DNA of 43,779 nt, taken from Octopus bimaculoides (lineage: Eukaryota). Below the pieces are notes generated by a model. It did no database searches. It was given only the letters and a program-made list of their open reading frames with translations, and was not told where the DNA came from. Shown here one piece after another: positions 33,725-43,779 of the stretch. The position numbers and the translations under genes are program-made. Each line of letters opens with the position of its first letter. The first letter of the stretch is position 1. Where the stretch lies: the NCBI RefSeq assembly GCF_001194135.2, contig NC_068998.1, positions 31,810,781 through 31,854,559 of the forward strand, read 5' to 3'.

Positions 33725-34125
33725 TGTGTGTGAGTGTTTGAATATAGATATGTGTATGCAAACTAATAAAGACCTTCCACTTTTCTGAACCATAGTGAAT
33801 TTACATTACTCTGAAGTGAAAGGAAGAAGATAAAAAGCTAAAAGAAACTCCACCCCAACCCCAAAAAATGAACATAAAAATGAACAAAAATAGCATATAA
33901 AGACAAAGCAGAAGAGTGAAAGAGAGAATATTTGACAGTTGAGAAAGAGATATAACAGACTGTTCACAAAAATCTAAATAAATCAATCCACTTGAATAAG
34001 TGCTGAAGCATTGATTCCATACTTTGTGTACTTGTGTTTTCCTGAAGATGTTACTCTGTTTTTTTTATGTCTATATTTCATATTAGCACACTTGTTGATT
34101 TGCGTCTTTTGAGGATCTTTTGATA
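33725..34125 (+). repeat. Unclassified ~400-bp interspersed repeat, copy 2
   Basis: Colinear with 23145-23535. Confidence 0.85.
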
Positions 34126-34166
34126 TGTATATGTATGTATATGTGTGTGTGTGTGTATGCATGCAC

Positions 34167-34219
<53 letters not shown>

Positions 34220-34484
34220 AAGTTACATAAGTGTATACTCAAGGCATGTATTCCATAGTTGACTATAGGTTCCAGTGTTGTGAGTGAACTCCTGTGTGAC
34301 TTTATGCACGCCTAGTGTATTCGGTCAGTACTTGTGAATGTGTGTATAACTGGAGGGGTAAATCTGTATTTACGTTAGTAAGTGCACGTGTATTCATACA
34401 CATTGTTAGTGCATAGGTGCACTAGCCCTAACTCTACTTTGGAGCTTTCATTTAAATACCTTTATTTTATTGGATTTATTCTTT

Positions 34485-34945
34485 TATTCCTTTACTTGTT
34501 TCAGTCAGTTGACTGTGGCCATGCTGGAGCATCACTTTGAACAAATTGACCCCAGGACTTATTCTTTGTAAACCTATTACTTATTTTATTGGTTTCTTTT
34601 GCAAACTGCTAAGTTACGGGAACATAAACAAACCAACATCGTTTGTCAAGCAATTGTNNNNNNNNNNNNNNNNNNNNNNNNNNNNNNNNNNNNNNNNNNN
34701 NNNNNNNNNNNNNNNNNNNNNNNNNNNNNNNNNNNNNNNNNNNNNNNNNNNNNNNNNNNNNNNNNNNNNNNNNNNNNNNNNNNNNNNNNNNNNNNNNNNN
34801 NNNTTCAGTTTCCATCTACCAAGTCCACTTGCAAAGCTTCTTTTTCCCCGAGGTAATAGTAGAAGACACTTGCCTAAGGTGCCATGCAGTGGGACTGAAC
34901 TCAGAACAATGTGTTTGGGCAGCAAGCTTCTTACCACACAGGCAC
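34485..34945 (-). mobile_element. tRNA-derived SINE family 1 (spans an N gap)
   Basis: tttacttgtttcagtc ... gctaagttacggg ... tagaagacacttgcctaagg ... gggactgaactc. Confidence 0.85.
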
Positions 34946-34981
34946 ACCTGAAAGTTTACAGACACACACACACACATATGT

Positions 34982-35224
34982 GGTGGTTGTCTACTCCTTA
35001 TGCAGAGTTTGACCACCTCCTGTACCTACACCTTAGATCCATCATGGCATCTGATGTGGCTTTTTAAACCAGACAATGTATTGAAAAGATACCCACGTAG
35101 ATTGCATATCCGATTTAGACTACCAAGAGCTGCAGTTAAGTTCTGATCTTTGTGGAGCTTAAAATGTCTTTTGAGGCCTACGTTAGATTTGCAGATCTTA
35201 TGGCATACATGGTATTGAAAGGGG
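34982..35224 (-). pseudogene. Tandem C2H2 zinc-finger cassette, copy 2
   Basis: FQYHVCHKICKSNVGLKRHFKLH-KDQNLTAALGSLNR-ICNLRGYLFNTLSGLKSHIRCHDGSKV*, followed by the same ggagtagacaaccacc 3' end. The first Cys of finger 1 and the second Cys of finger 2 are lost. Confidence 0.8.
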
Positions 35225-35324
35225 TGCAAAAGCAGAATAGTTGGTGGAGGTTCATTTTCCATGGGTCCACAAATGAAATTTGAGCCCAGCAAAAGAAAAG
35301 CATAGTCTGTTACAAACTGTGCGT

Positions 35325-35795
35325 TCTTGTGCGTGTATGCACGTGTGTGTGTGTGTGTGCGTGTGTATGTGTTTATGTGCTTGTAGTTGTATGTTCGTGT
35401 GTGCGTGCATGTGTGCGTGTGTATGTGTGTATGTAGGTGTGTGTGCGTGGGTTGTGTGTATGTGTGTGCGTGTGCGTTCGTGTGTGTGTGCATGTATGTG
35501 TATTGTTTGTGTGTGCATGTATGTGCATTCACGTGTGTGCGCGTGCGTGTATGTGTGTATGTATACGTGTGTTTGTGTGCGTGTGTGTGTATGAGCGTAT
35601 GTGTTTGAGAGTGTGTGCGCATGTGTATGTGCGTATGTATGGGTGCGTGTATATGTGTGTGTGTATGTATGTGCATGTATGTGTGTTGTGTGTGGTGTAT
35701 GTGGGAGCTATATGTGCGTTCATGTGTGTGCGCGTGCGTGTATTTGTGCGTGCGTGTGTATATGTCCATGTGCGTATGTACGTGTGCGTGTATAT
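35325..35795. repeat. Long complex (GT/GC/AT) low-complexity tract
   Basis: Irregular gtgtgcgt/gtatgt units; the source of the His/Thr- and Cys/Val-rich spurious ORFs. Confidence 0.9.
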
Positions 35796-36069
35796 AGAAA
35801 TAAAATAAAATATAAAATAAGATCGGTATAAAAGGGGAAAAGGGGGAGGGGTAACAGGTACAAGATAAAAAATAAAATAACTAAAATTAAAGAGATAAAA
35901 TACAAATTAATACAATTATAAAAAAAATCAATGCAATTAAAAGCTTAAACGATTCAACGGAAAAAAACCCCATAAAAAATCGAAAAAAAGGGTAACAGTG
36001 TAAAAAAGTAAGTGGGTATAAAATAAGGTAAGATAAAATAAAATAAAAAGTTGCTTTTTTTTAAGGAGG

Positions 36070-37214
36070 GTGTAGAGACAGTCGTTAAGAGGAGGGGGTT
36101 GTGTTGAGTCCGAAAGGAATTTGTGCTTGTAGATTGGAAATGTAACGCTGTTCCAGGTGGAGTCGCGTGTGTGTGGATCCGTGGTGCAGGGAGAGGCCAA
36201 AAACGGAGATATTAGAGGTGGAGTGGTTGGCCAAGCGGAAATGACGGGCGACTGGGGTGTTCGTGTGTAGCCTAACATCTCGTAGATATTCGGTGAACCT
36301 GTCTGACCAACGTAGAGTTTATTGCAGAGATTACATCTAATGCAATAGATTAGCCTTGAAGAGGTGCAGGGAAAGGAGTTTCTAATGTGGAGGGTGTGCT
36401 GGCTGGGTCCAGTGAGGGAGGTTTTGTTGCTGATGAAGGGGTAGGTGTAGCAGCGGGATCTAGAGCAAGGGAAGTATCCACGTGGGACTGGGGGGAAAGA
36501 GGAGAAGGTGCTGCGGACCAGTAGATCGCGTAGGTTACGGGCGCGTTTAAGGAAGACAAGGAAATGGGGTGGGTTGTGGGATCTAGCTGGAGACAACGGA
36601 AGGCCCGTAGGATCCTCCGACGAAGGGGTAAGGTGGAGGGGTGGAAAAGGAGGGGAAAGAGGGTGCAGTTAGTGGATTGGTTGGGAAATGAGAGAACAGT
36701 GGTGCGATCGATTAGACGAGCGCGGGCAAGGGCGGTTTGGACAAGAGTTGAGGGGTATCCTCGATGCATGAACAGGCGGCCAAGGTGTTGGGACTGGGTC
36801 TCGAAATCCTGGTCCCGGTTGCACAAGCGTCGGAGGCGGAGGAACTGGGAGTAGGGGATAGCCCGTTTGGTGTGGGAGGGATGGGAGGAGGAAAAGTGGA
36901 GGTAGAGATAGGAATCTGTGGGTTTGAAGAATGTGGAGGTGGTGAGAGAGTGGTAAGGAAGGTCAATGGTAAGAGATATCTAGGAAGTTAACTGAAGTAT
37001 TAGAGATGGTAGAGTTAAATTGGAGAGAAGGGTGAAAGTTAGAGGAAAGAGACGAAGTGGCAAAGTTGTTCGCGGGAGAGGGTGGTGGCGCCTATACAGT
37101 CGTCTATGCAGCGGCCGTATAGCTCTGGGGTCGGTCCAGGGAATTGGGAGAATACTTGGGTTTCAATGTGACCAACATATAAAAAAAGGCGAAATTGGAG
37201 CCTATTCTTGTTCC
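36070..37214 (-). mobile_element. Penelope-like element (Poseidon-type RT C-terminus + GIY-YIG), GC-rich; upstream part lost in a gap
   Basis: LYVGHIETQVFSQFPGPTPELYGRCIDDCIG; FFKPTDS; SSHPSHTKRAIPYSQFLRLRRLCNRDQDF; RGYPSTLV; KRARNLRDLLVRS; CSRSRC; IYCIRCNLCNKLYVGQTG. Confidence 0.9.
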
Positions 37215-38229
37215 NNNNNNNNNNNNNNNNNNNNNNNNNNNNNNNNNNNNNNNNNNNNNNNNNNNNNNNNNNNNNNNNNNNNNNNNNNNNNNNNNNNNNN
37301 NNNNNNNNNNNNNNNNNNNNNNNNNNNNNNNNNNNNNNNNNNNNNNNNNNNNNNNNNNNNNNNNNNNNNNNNNNNNNNNNNNNNNNNNNNNNNNNNNNNN
37401 NNNNNNNNNNNNNNNNNNNNNNNNNNNNNNNNNNNNNNNNNNNNNNNNNNNNNNNNNNNNNNNNNNNNNNNNNNNNNNNNNNNNNNNNNNNNNNNNNNNN
37501 NNNNNNNNNNNNNNNNNNNNNNNNNNNNNNNNNNNNNNNNNNNNNNNNNNNNNNNNNNNNNNNNNNNNNNNNNNNNNNNNNNNNNNNNNNNNNNNNNNNN
37601 NNNNNNNNNNNNNNNNNNNNNNNNNNNNNNNNNNNNNNNNNNNNNNNNNNNNNNNNNNNNNNNNNNNNNNNNNNNNNNNNNNNNNNNNNNNNNNNNNNNN
37701 NNNNNNNNNNNNNNNNNNNNNNNNNNNNNNNNNNNNNNNNNNNNNNNNNNNNNNNNNNNNNNNNNNNNNNNATATATATATATATATATATAATTAAAGT
37801 AGGTTTCAAAGAAAAAAGACTACAGGTGGTATAAATAGGGGTAAAGGAAAAAGAAAAAAGAAAATGTACACTAGGTGTAAAAGTAATGACTTTTTTAATA
37901 TAAAAACAAAGATATATACATAAAATAAATTATATGAGGTGGAATTAAGAAGTATAAAAATCATTATTATGAGTCAATATAGAAAGTCATTCTGATTTGG
38001 TTATCGCTGTTCACTGACTTTGAATCAACACCGATTTCCAAATGGTGTTGGGTCTAATAGTACGTGAGTGAAAAGATTGCATGCAAGGGAGGTAAGCATT
38101 TCTGAAAGTGATGCAATTAAGGTAGATATGATTAATAAAATATGAATGGTACATGGAGTGCATGAGGATTAGTGGGATTGCTGGTATTAGTAAGGTTAGT
38201 AGTATCCTGTTTTAGTTGTGTGTTCATCT

Positions 38230-39530
38230 TAAGTAGTGGTTGATATTTGTTAATGAAAGTTGCCTCTTTATTCAATCGTTGTTGCACGGAGGTGTTCTGG
38301 GAACATTGATAAAAAGAGAAAATTAGGAAGTTTGGTTTAAGGTTCCTAACACAGCTATCTATGTATCTGTCTATATTGTGGGAAGCAGATTTGTTCTTTG
38401 TGAAGTGTTGTTCTTTGTCTGAGGAACATTCATGTTTGGCCTATATAGTGCTTTCCAAAACCTATGTAGGTAACAATGTTGATTATGTTTTCAGAGGCAC
38501 AAGTGAAATTTGACTTTATCTTAAATATTTCACCTTGTTTGAAGGGAAATTCTGTACCCTGCAGAAGGTTGGGTATGTGCCACACTTAGGCGGCCTACAT
38601 TTTTCCACTTTTGGTTCCGTTGTAAAGGGATACAGTCTTGCGGCGATTAATATTTTTGTCAATGATTTTGGTTGCATTTTGCTTTTGATAATTTTGTGTG
38701 AGCCCAAAATTTCATTCATTGTTTTATCTCCAATGAGAATGGGTAGATTTTGGATGTTGATGTTGAATACCTCATTATCTCTTGGGTTATGTGTGGAAAT
38801 GAATGGCAGTACTTTTAAATTTAGTGTAGTATTTCGGTTAACTTCCCTTAATGTTTGTATGTGTATTTCCTTTGCTCATTTAATCCCATCATCTTTTAAT
38901 GATGTTGAGTAATGTCTCCTGATTAGTGTTGATTTAAGTTCATGGAGTCTTAGTTCACAGGTATTGGTATCTGAAACAATGGTACAAATCCTTTTTGCTA
39001 GATTTAAAGAATATCAATTTTTATGTGTTAGGGTTGAATAATAGGTTTTGTTTTGAATCTGTGGGTTTATAAAAGATGTCCGTTTCAATGTGGTTATTGA
39101 CTATTTTAATTAGGATGTAAAAAAAAGGAAATTGTTTATTGCTGTGTTTCATGGTGAATTGTATGTTGCTATTGATATTGTTGAGCATTATTTTGAAATC
39201 GAGGAGTTTGTTCATGCTATCGTTCCAAAGTATAAAGCAATCATCTAAGTACCTTTTCCAGTTCTCCTTTAAATAGCAATGAAATAAAGTACTATAGTTT
39301 TTGATGTGATAAATGGTATATTTTAGGTTCAAGAAAAACCCATTACAAGGTTCGCAATCACTGGGGCAGCTTGAGTTCCCATTGCAATTCCACATTTTTT
39401 TTTGATAGTAAACTATATCGAACATGAAATAGTTGTTCTGGAGGATAAATTTCAATGCTGTGATTATGAAGTTGTGGTTGATGCATCACGAGATCTCTTC
39501 TTGATATTTTTCTAGCCTGAAGGTGATTAC
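38230..39530 (-). mobile_element. Further Penelope-like lineage (AT-rich RT + GIY-YIG), degenerate
   Basis: KFILQNNYFMF; WKRYLDDCFILW; NIQFTM; TDIFYKPTDSKQ; KSNFTCASENII...HYIGQT*MFLRQRTTLHKEQI. Confidence 0.9.
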
Positions 39531-39839
39531 TTTTATACCCTAATCATGTTGGATATATATATATATANNNNNNNNNNNNNNNNNNNNNNNNNNNNNNNNN
39601 NNNNNNNNNNNNNNNNNNNNNNNNNNNNNNNNNNNNNNNNNNNNNNNNNNNNNNNNNNNNNNNNNNNNNNNNNNTAATATGTGACAATTATTCGGTAGCC
39701 ATGATAAAACTCTGAGCTTCATATGTCGGGGCAGCTGTGGCCATACAATGGCACCCTGTTCTAGCATTAATATAACTCTTGATGCCAAAGTTTTAAACGG
39801 TGGTGCATCAGCATGGCTGCAGCTCTGAACTGAAACTAC

Positions 39840-40595
39840 AGAAGGCCCTCTTGCATCTTCCAGATGTATTTTTTAGCATATCTTTCCCACCTACGCTCTA
39901 AGGAATAGGGTCTTAATCTCTTGAGACTTTCTTAGTAGCTTATATGCTGCTATCTTCTTTGTGTAGCTTCGTTAGATTGCCTCAAGTTCTGCAATTAATT
40001 TTACACTGGTTGGTGACCATAGCTGGGAGCAATGGTCAAAGTGGCTTAGGACAAGTGTCCTCCAGAGGACCATCATGATTTCCTGATCTCTCGTTTTAAA
40101 AGTTCTAAGAATCCATCCAGTCAGGGACCTGCATTTCATTGCCAACTTAGCAACATGCACATGTAAGGATTTCATCATTACTCATATAAATGCTCAAGTT
40201 TCACACTGACTGTGTCTCTGGGATTGCAATCCCTCCAGGTCCAGTGTACTTAATTGGTATTGCATTAATTTTGCATGCTGATAGCACAAGTCTTGAAACC
40301 TTTCAGCATTAAACTGCATGCTATTCTGCTCAGCCCACTTGTATATTTCATCCAACTCACATTGCAGATGCATAGCGTCTTCAGGGTTCTGTATCACCTG
40401 AGAGACTTTTGTATCATCTGCATAACTTATGATTGTGGCTCTTTGTGTGGCTGAGAGCATATCTGAGAGGGTCATTATGAACAGTAGTGGTCCCAAAACA
40501 GTACCTTGCAGAGCACCGCTCACTATTTGTGTGTCGTTAGAGGTGGGCCCATGGGCTACTACCACCTGACTTCTATCCTTCAGAAAGTCATGCAT
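39840..40595 (-). mobile_element. CR1/L2 (Jockey-group) LINE RT fragment, 5'-truncated
   Basis: HDFLKDRSQVVV; SGALQGTVLGPLLFI; SYADDTKV; LDEIYKWAEQNSMQFN; WILRTFKTRD...LWRTLVLSHFDHCSQLWSP. Confidence 0.9.
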
Positions 40596-40751
40596 AAATA
40601 TGTATACATAAATACACACACACACACGCATATTTATGTATATATATATAAATATTTATATTCATATATATATGTATGTAAATAAATAAATGGAGTTAAA
40701 TGCAGGTGTTATTCAAATTCTTTTACTTCCGACACATGTTTTGAAGATATC

Positions 40752-41795
40752 ACTGGTATTATTCCAAAATAAATAAATAAATAAATAAAATGGTGTAAAA
40801 CAATGTAATCCTCTCTTCAAGGAAATGAAGAAATGAAACTCGTCAATAAGATATTTTAACAGAATATGATGAATATGTATAGTGATTAACTGGACGCTAT
40901 TAAGTTTGTTTAAAAAAAAAACGTCAGAAGATATAACGTCAAAGGTAGCCTATAGAAAGAGGAGGGGGTAAAGGAAAGAAAAAAACCATATAAATGAAAA
41001 CTATATAACGATATATAAATTAAATAAAATCCTATAGTCTTGGAAAAAGATATACCTAGTGAATGTGATATGTAAGAAGAAAATTGATATTTGAATTATA
41101 TATAATGATAGATATCACTTATATGAACTAAAGGTGTGTTTCTGTCAATGTTTACATCGGTATACATGCTCTATAACCGTGTTTACAAGGGGAGTTTTAG
41201 AAAAAAGAATAAAAAATAGTTCAGAATTACAGAGAAGACAGAATTCCTTGTCTTTATCATGAGGTATCGAAATTGAGAGAATCAACCAATCTAAATTAAA
41301 TTGTTTATTGTGGTCTTTTAGATACCAAATTAATTTACTAAGCCCTGTACAGTTACGTTTATTCCTGCCCCTAAATATAGAGTAATGATTAGAAATTCTT
41401 TTAGATTATTGAGAAGATAAGCTGCCTATATAAAAAAATACTTCATTACCAGAAGTAATTTTACACTGGTATATAGAAATTTTAATTTTAGAGTTACTTG
41501 ACATAAACTTGTTTCTGTTGTAATTGACTTCAGGTACAATAACCTTGTAAATTAATATTTCTAGGGGGTTGGATGATATTAGCTAAATTAATGTTAGTAT
41601 TAGTAAATGTATCCCTATTTAACAGGCTAATATTATGAGAGGAGAAAATTTGTAAGAGATTTTTTGTTGGAAAATCACTATACATATCCATCAAATTCTG
41701 TTAAAATGTCTTATTGACGAGTTTCATTTCTTCATTTCCTTGAAGAGAAGATTACATTGTTTTACACCATTTTATTCCTTTGGAATAATACCAGT
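40752..41795. mobile_element. ~1.04-kb non-autonomous element with ~125-135-bp terminal inverted repeats
   Basis: 40752-40887 is the reverse complement of 41673-41795 (actggtattattccaaa ... aaaatggtgtaaaacaatgtaatc ... tcttcaaggaaatgaagaaatgaaactcgtcaataaga ... tatgtatagtgatt). The right end abuts a gap. Confidence 0.85.
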
Positions 41796-43235
41796 NNNNN
41801 NNNNNATATATATACACACAAATATTCTATAATTATAAACATAATTATAATCAGGAGTCAGCTAATTGCTTCGCCACACACCGAATTTGGAAATAGGAGT
41901 TAAAATGCTTTTTCTGCTACCATAAAGATCTCCCAGACAGTAACACGCTTTTTTACGAAGGCAAAAAGAAAAAATAACTAATCCACACCACTCAGATTAG
42001 CTACATACGCATTTCAAGATTAAAGCAATGTTATATTTACTTACTTATTTCTCATCTTCAGTGCAGCATTTCGAGATATAAATTTGAGAGTGTTAAGATT
42101 AAATATGTACGCGATCAAGGCTCATCACATAACCGATATTTAAGCAACACTTCTATAATTATACAGTCGAATGTGAACACGCATTTATCGTCAATACCCA
42201 CGTGTGTGTTATGAGTAATCTCACAGAAACTGCAGTTTTCGATCAGGGAGTAAATTATATTTCAATAACAATTAAAGGACTAAATTAATTAAATAATTTT
42301 ATCCTTTTATTATTATTGAAACATATGTATATATATATATTTATGTATATGTATTTATGCATGATTTTTCTGAAGGATAAAATTCAGGCGGTAGTAGAGC
42401 AGTGTTATATGTATATATTTATACATGTATACCTANNNNNNNNNNNNNNNNNNNNNNNNNNNNNNNNNNNNNNNNNNNNNNNNNNNNNNNNNNNNNNNNN
42501 NNNNNNNNNNNNNNNNNNNNNNNNNNNNNNNNNNNNNNNNNNNNNNNNNNNNNNNNNNNNNNNNNNNNNNNNNNNNNNNNNNNNNNNNNNNNNNNNNNNN
42601 NNNNNNNNNNNNNNNNNNNNNNNNNNNNNNNNNNNNNNNNNNNNNNNNNNNNNNNNNNNNNNNNNNNNNNNNNNNNNNNNNNNNNNNNNNNNNNNNNNNN
42701 NNNNNNNNNNNNNNNNNNNNNNNNNNNNNNNNNNNNNNNNNNNNNNNNNNNNNNNNNNNNNNNNNNNNNNNNNNNNNNNNNNNNNNNNNNNNNNNNNNNN
42801 NNNNNNNNNNNNNNNNNNNNNNNNNNNNNNNNNNNNNNNNNNNNNNNNNNNNNNNNNNNNNNNNNNNNNNNNNNNNNNNNNNNNNNNNNNNNNNNNNNNN
42901 NNNNNNNNNNNNNNNNNNNNNNNNNNNNNNNNNNNNNNNNNNNNNNNNNNNNNNNNNNNNNNNNNNNNNNNNNNNNNNNNNNNNNNNNNNNNNNNNNNNN
43001 NNNNNNNNNNNNNNNNNNNNNNNNNNNNNNNNNNNNNNNNNNNNNNNNNNNNNNNNNNNNNNNNNNNNNNNNNNNNNNNNNNNNNNNNNNNNNNNNNNNN
43101 NNNNNNNNNNNNNNNNNNNNNNNNNNNNNNNNNNNNNNNNNNNNNNNNNNNNNNNNNNNNNNNNNNNNNNNTATAAATATATAGAAAATTTCTATTTGTA
43201 AAACTCTCAAGAAGAGACATTCAGTAATAGTATTC

Positions 43236-43560
43236 TAGAGTAAAGATTATTTGCGAACATAACATGGCAGTACTGGTTTAGGATGAATGTTACTGTTATA
43301 GATTTCAAGCAAGAATTTACAGGACCACCTCCAGCCGAACAGTTATTCTGTACTGAGGAAGAGAAATAGCCCAGAAACTACAATACACAGATATTGTTTT
43401 GTACTGAGTGGGGAGGCTAAACTCCCTTGTTCGAAAATATAAGGGCACAGATAGTGTGTTGTATAGCCAGCTGGAGACGACTTTTCCGAGGGCTAAATAA
43501 CAGTAACATTCGTCCTAAACCAGGGCTTCCACAATAAGCTGGCAAATAATCTTTACTATA
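43236..43560. mobile_element. ~325-bp MITE-like element with ~60-bp TIRs, TA-flanked
   Basis: agtaaagattatttgc ... ctggtttaggatgaatgttactgtta pairs with taacagtaacattcgtcctaaaccag ... gcaaataatctttact. Confidence 0.8.
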
Positions 43561-43779
43561 AATAAACTACATGTGGATCGTTGGCGATTTTTTTCCCTAC
43601 ACCTCCTTTTTCTATTGGACTTCCCTCTGTCTCCTGTTTTTGAAGAAGAGCTTTGCTTGAAACATAAAACTGCCTTTCTTTCCTTTCTTGAGCATCTGTT
43701 AATACTTTGCATGTATAACATCCTCGCGTTGTTGTTTTTCTTGTGTTTACTCTTCGTTTTTTGGGATTAACTATATATA

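Noticed and set aside
35026-35905. Long His/Thr- and Cys/Val-rich ORFs (up to 247 aa), and similar CVCV/YIYI/IIII/LLLL ORFs elsewhere
   Set aside because: They are translations of microsatellites. Only the zinc-finger tail of the 247-aa ORF is meaningful and is listed separately.
36564-36991. Arg/Gly-rich plus-strand ORFs
   Set aside because: They are antisense readings of the GC-rich Penelope element.
41830-42300. Relatively CpG-containing unique DNA as a promoter/enhancer
   Set aside because: No diagnostic motif or ORF; this cannot be supported from sequence alone.
37020-43220. 200-290 aa ORFs dominated by X
   Set aside because: They are read through N gaps.

Overview
Eukaryotic, AT-rich, repeat-saturated scaffold DNA with seven N gaps. 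The SINE families and microsatellite load resemble an Octopus/cephalopod genome (from recall, not a search). There is no prokaryotic-type content, no CRISPR array and no intact long ORF. Mobile-element remnants dominate: at least seven RTE-clade LINE pieces (one 3.4 kb copy), R4/Dong-clade RLE LINE pieces in TAA microsatellites, four Penelope-like (RT/GIY-YIG) remnants, a CR1/L2-type RT fragment, a Chapaev3/CMC-like transposase pseudogene, an internally deleted mariner, a composite Helitron, several foldback/MITE elements and two abundant SINE families. Two short minus-strand segments with strong splice signals and a single open frame (750-821, 27758-27822) suggest the window is mostly intronic in an unidentified minus-strand host gene. 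The most interesting signals are: a two-copy, retroposed-looking double C2H2 zinc-finger cassette; a 307-bp hairpin 53 nt behind a splice donor; a Helitron with two 5' and two 3' termini; a TAA-targeted retroposon nest; a nested inverted-repeat structure at 40.5-42.4 kb; and a CpG-intact, GC-rich Penelope copy. All coordinates and alignments were read by eye; element boundaries are approximate. I see no firm evidence of a wholly new biological system, only candidates to check.
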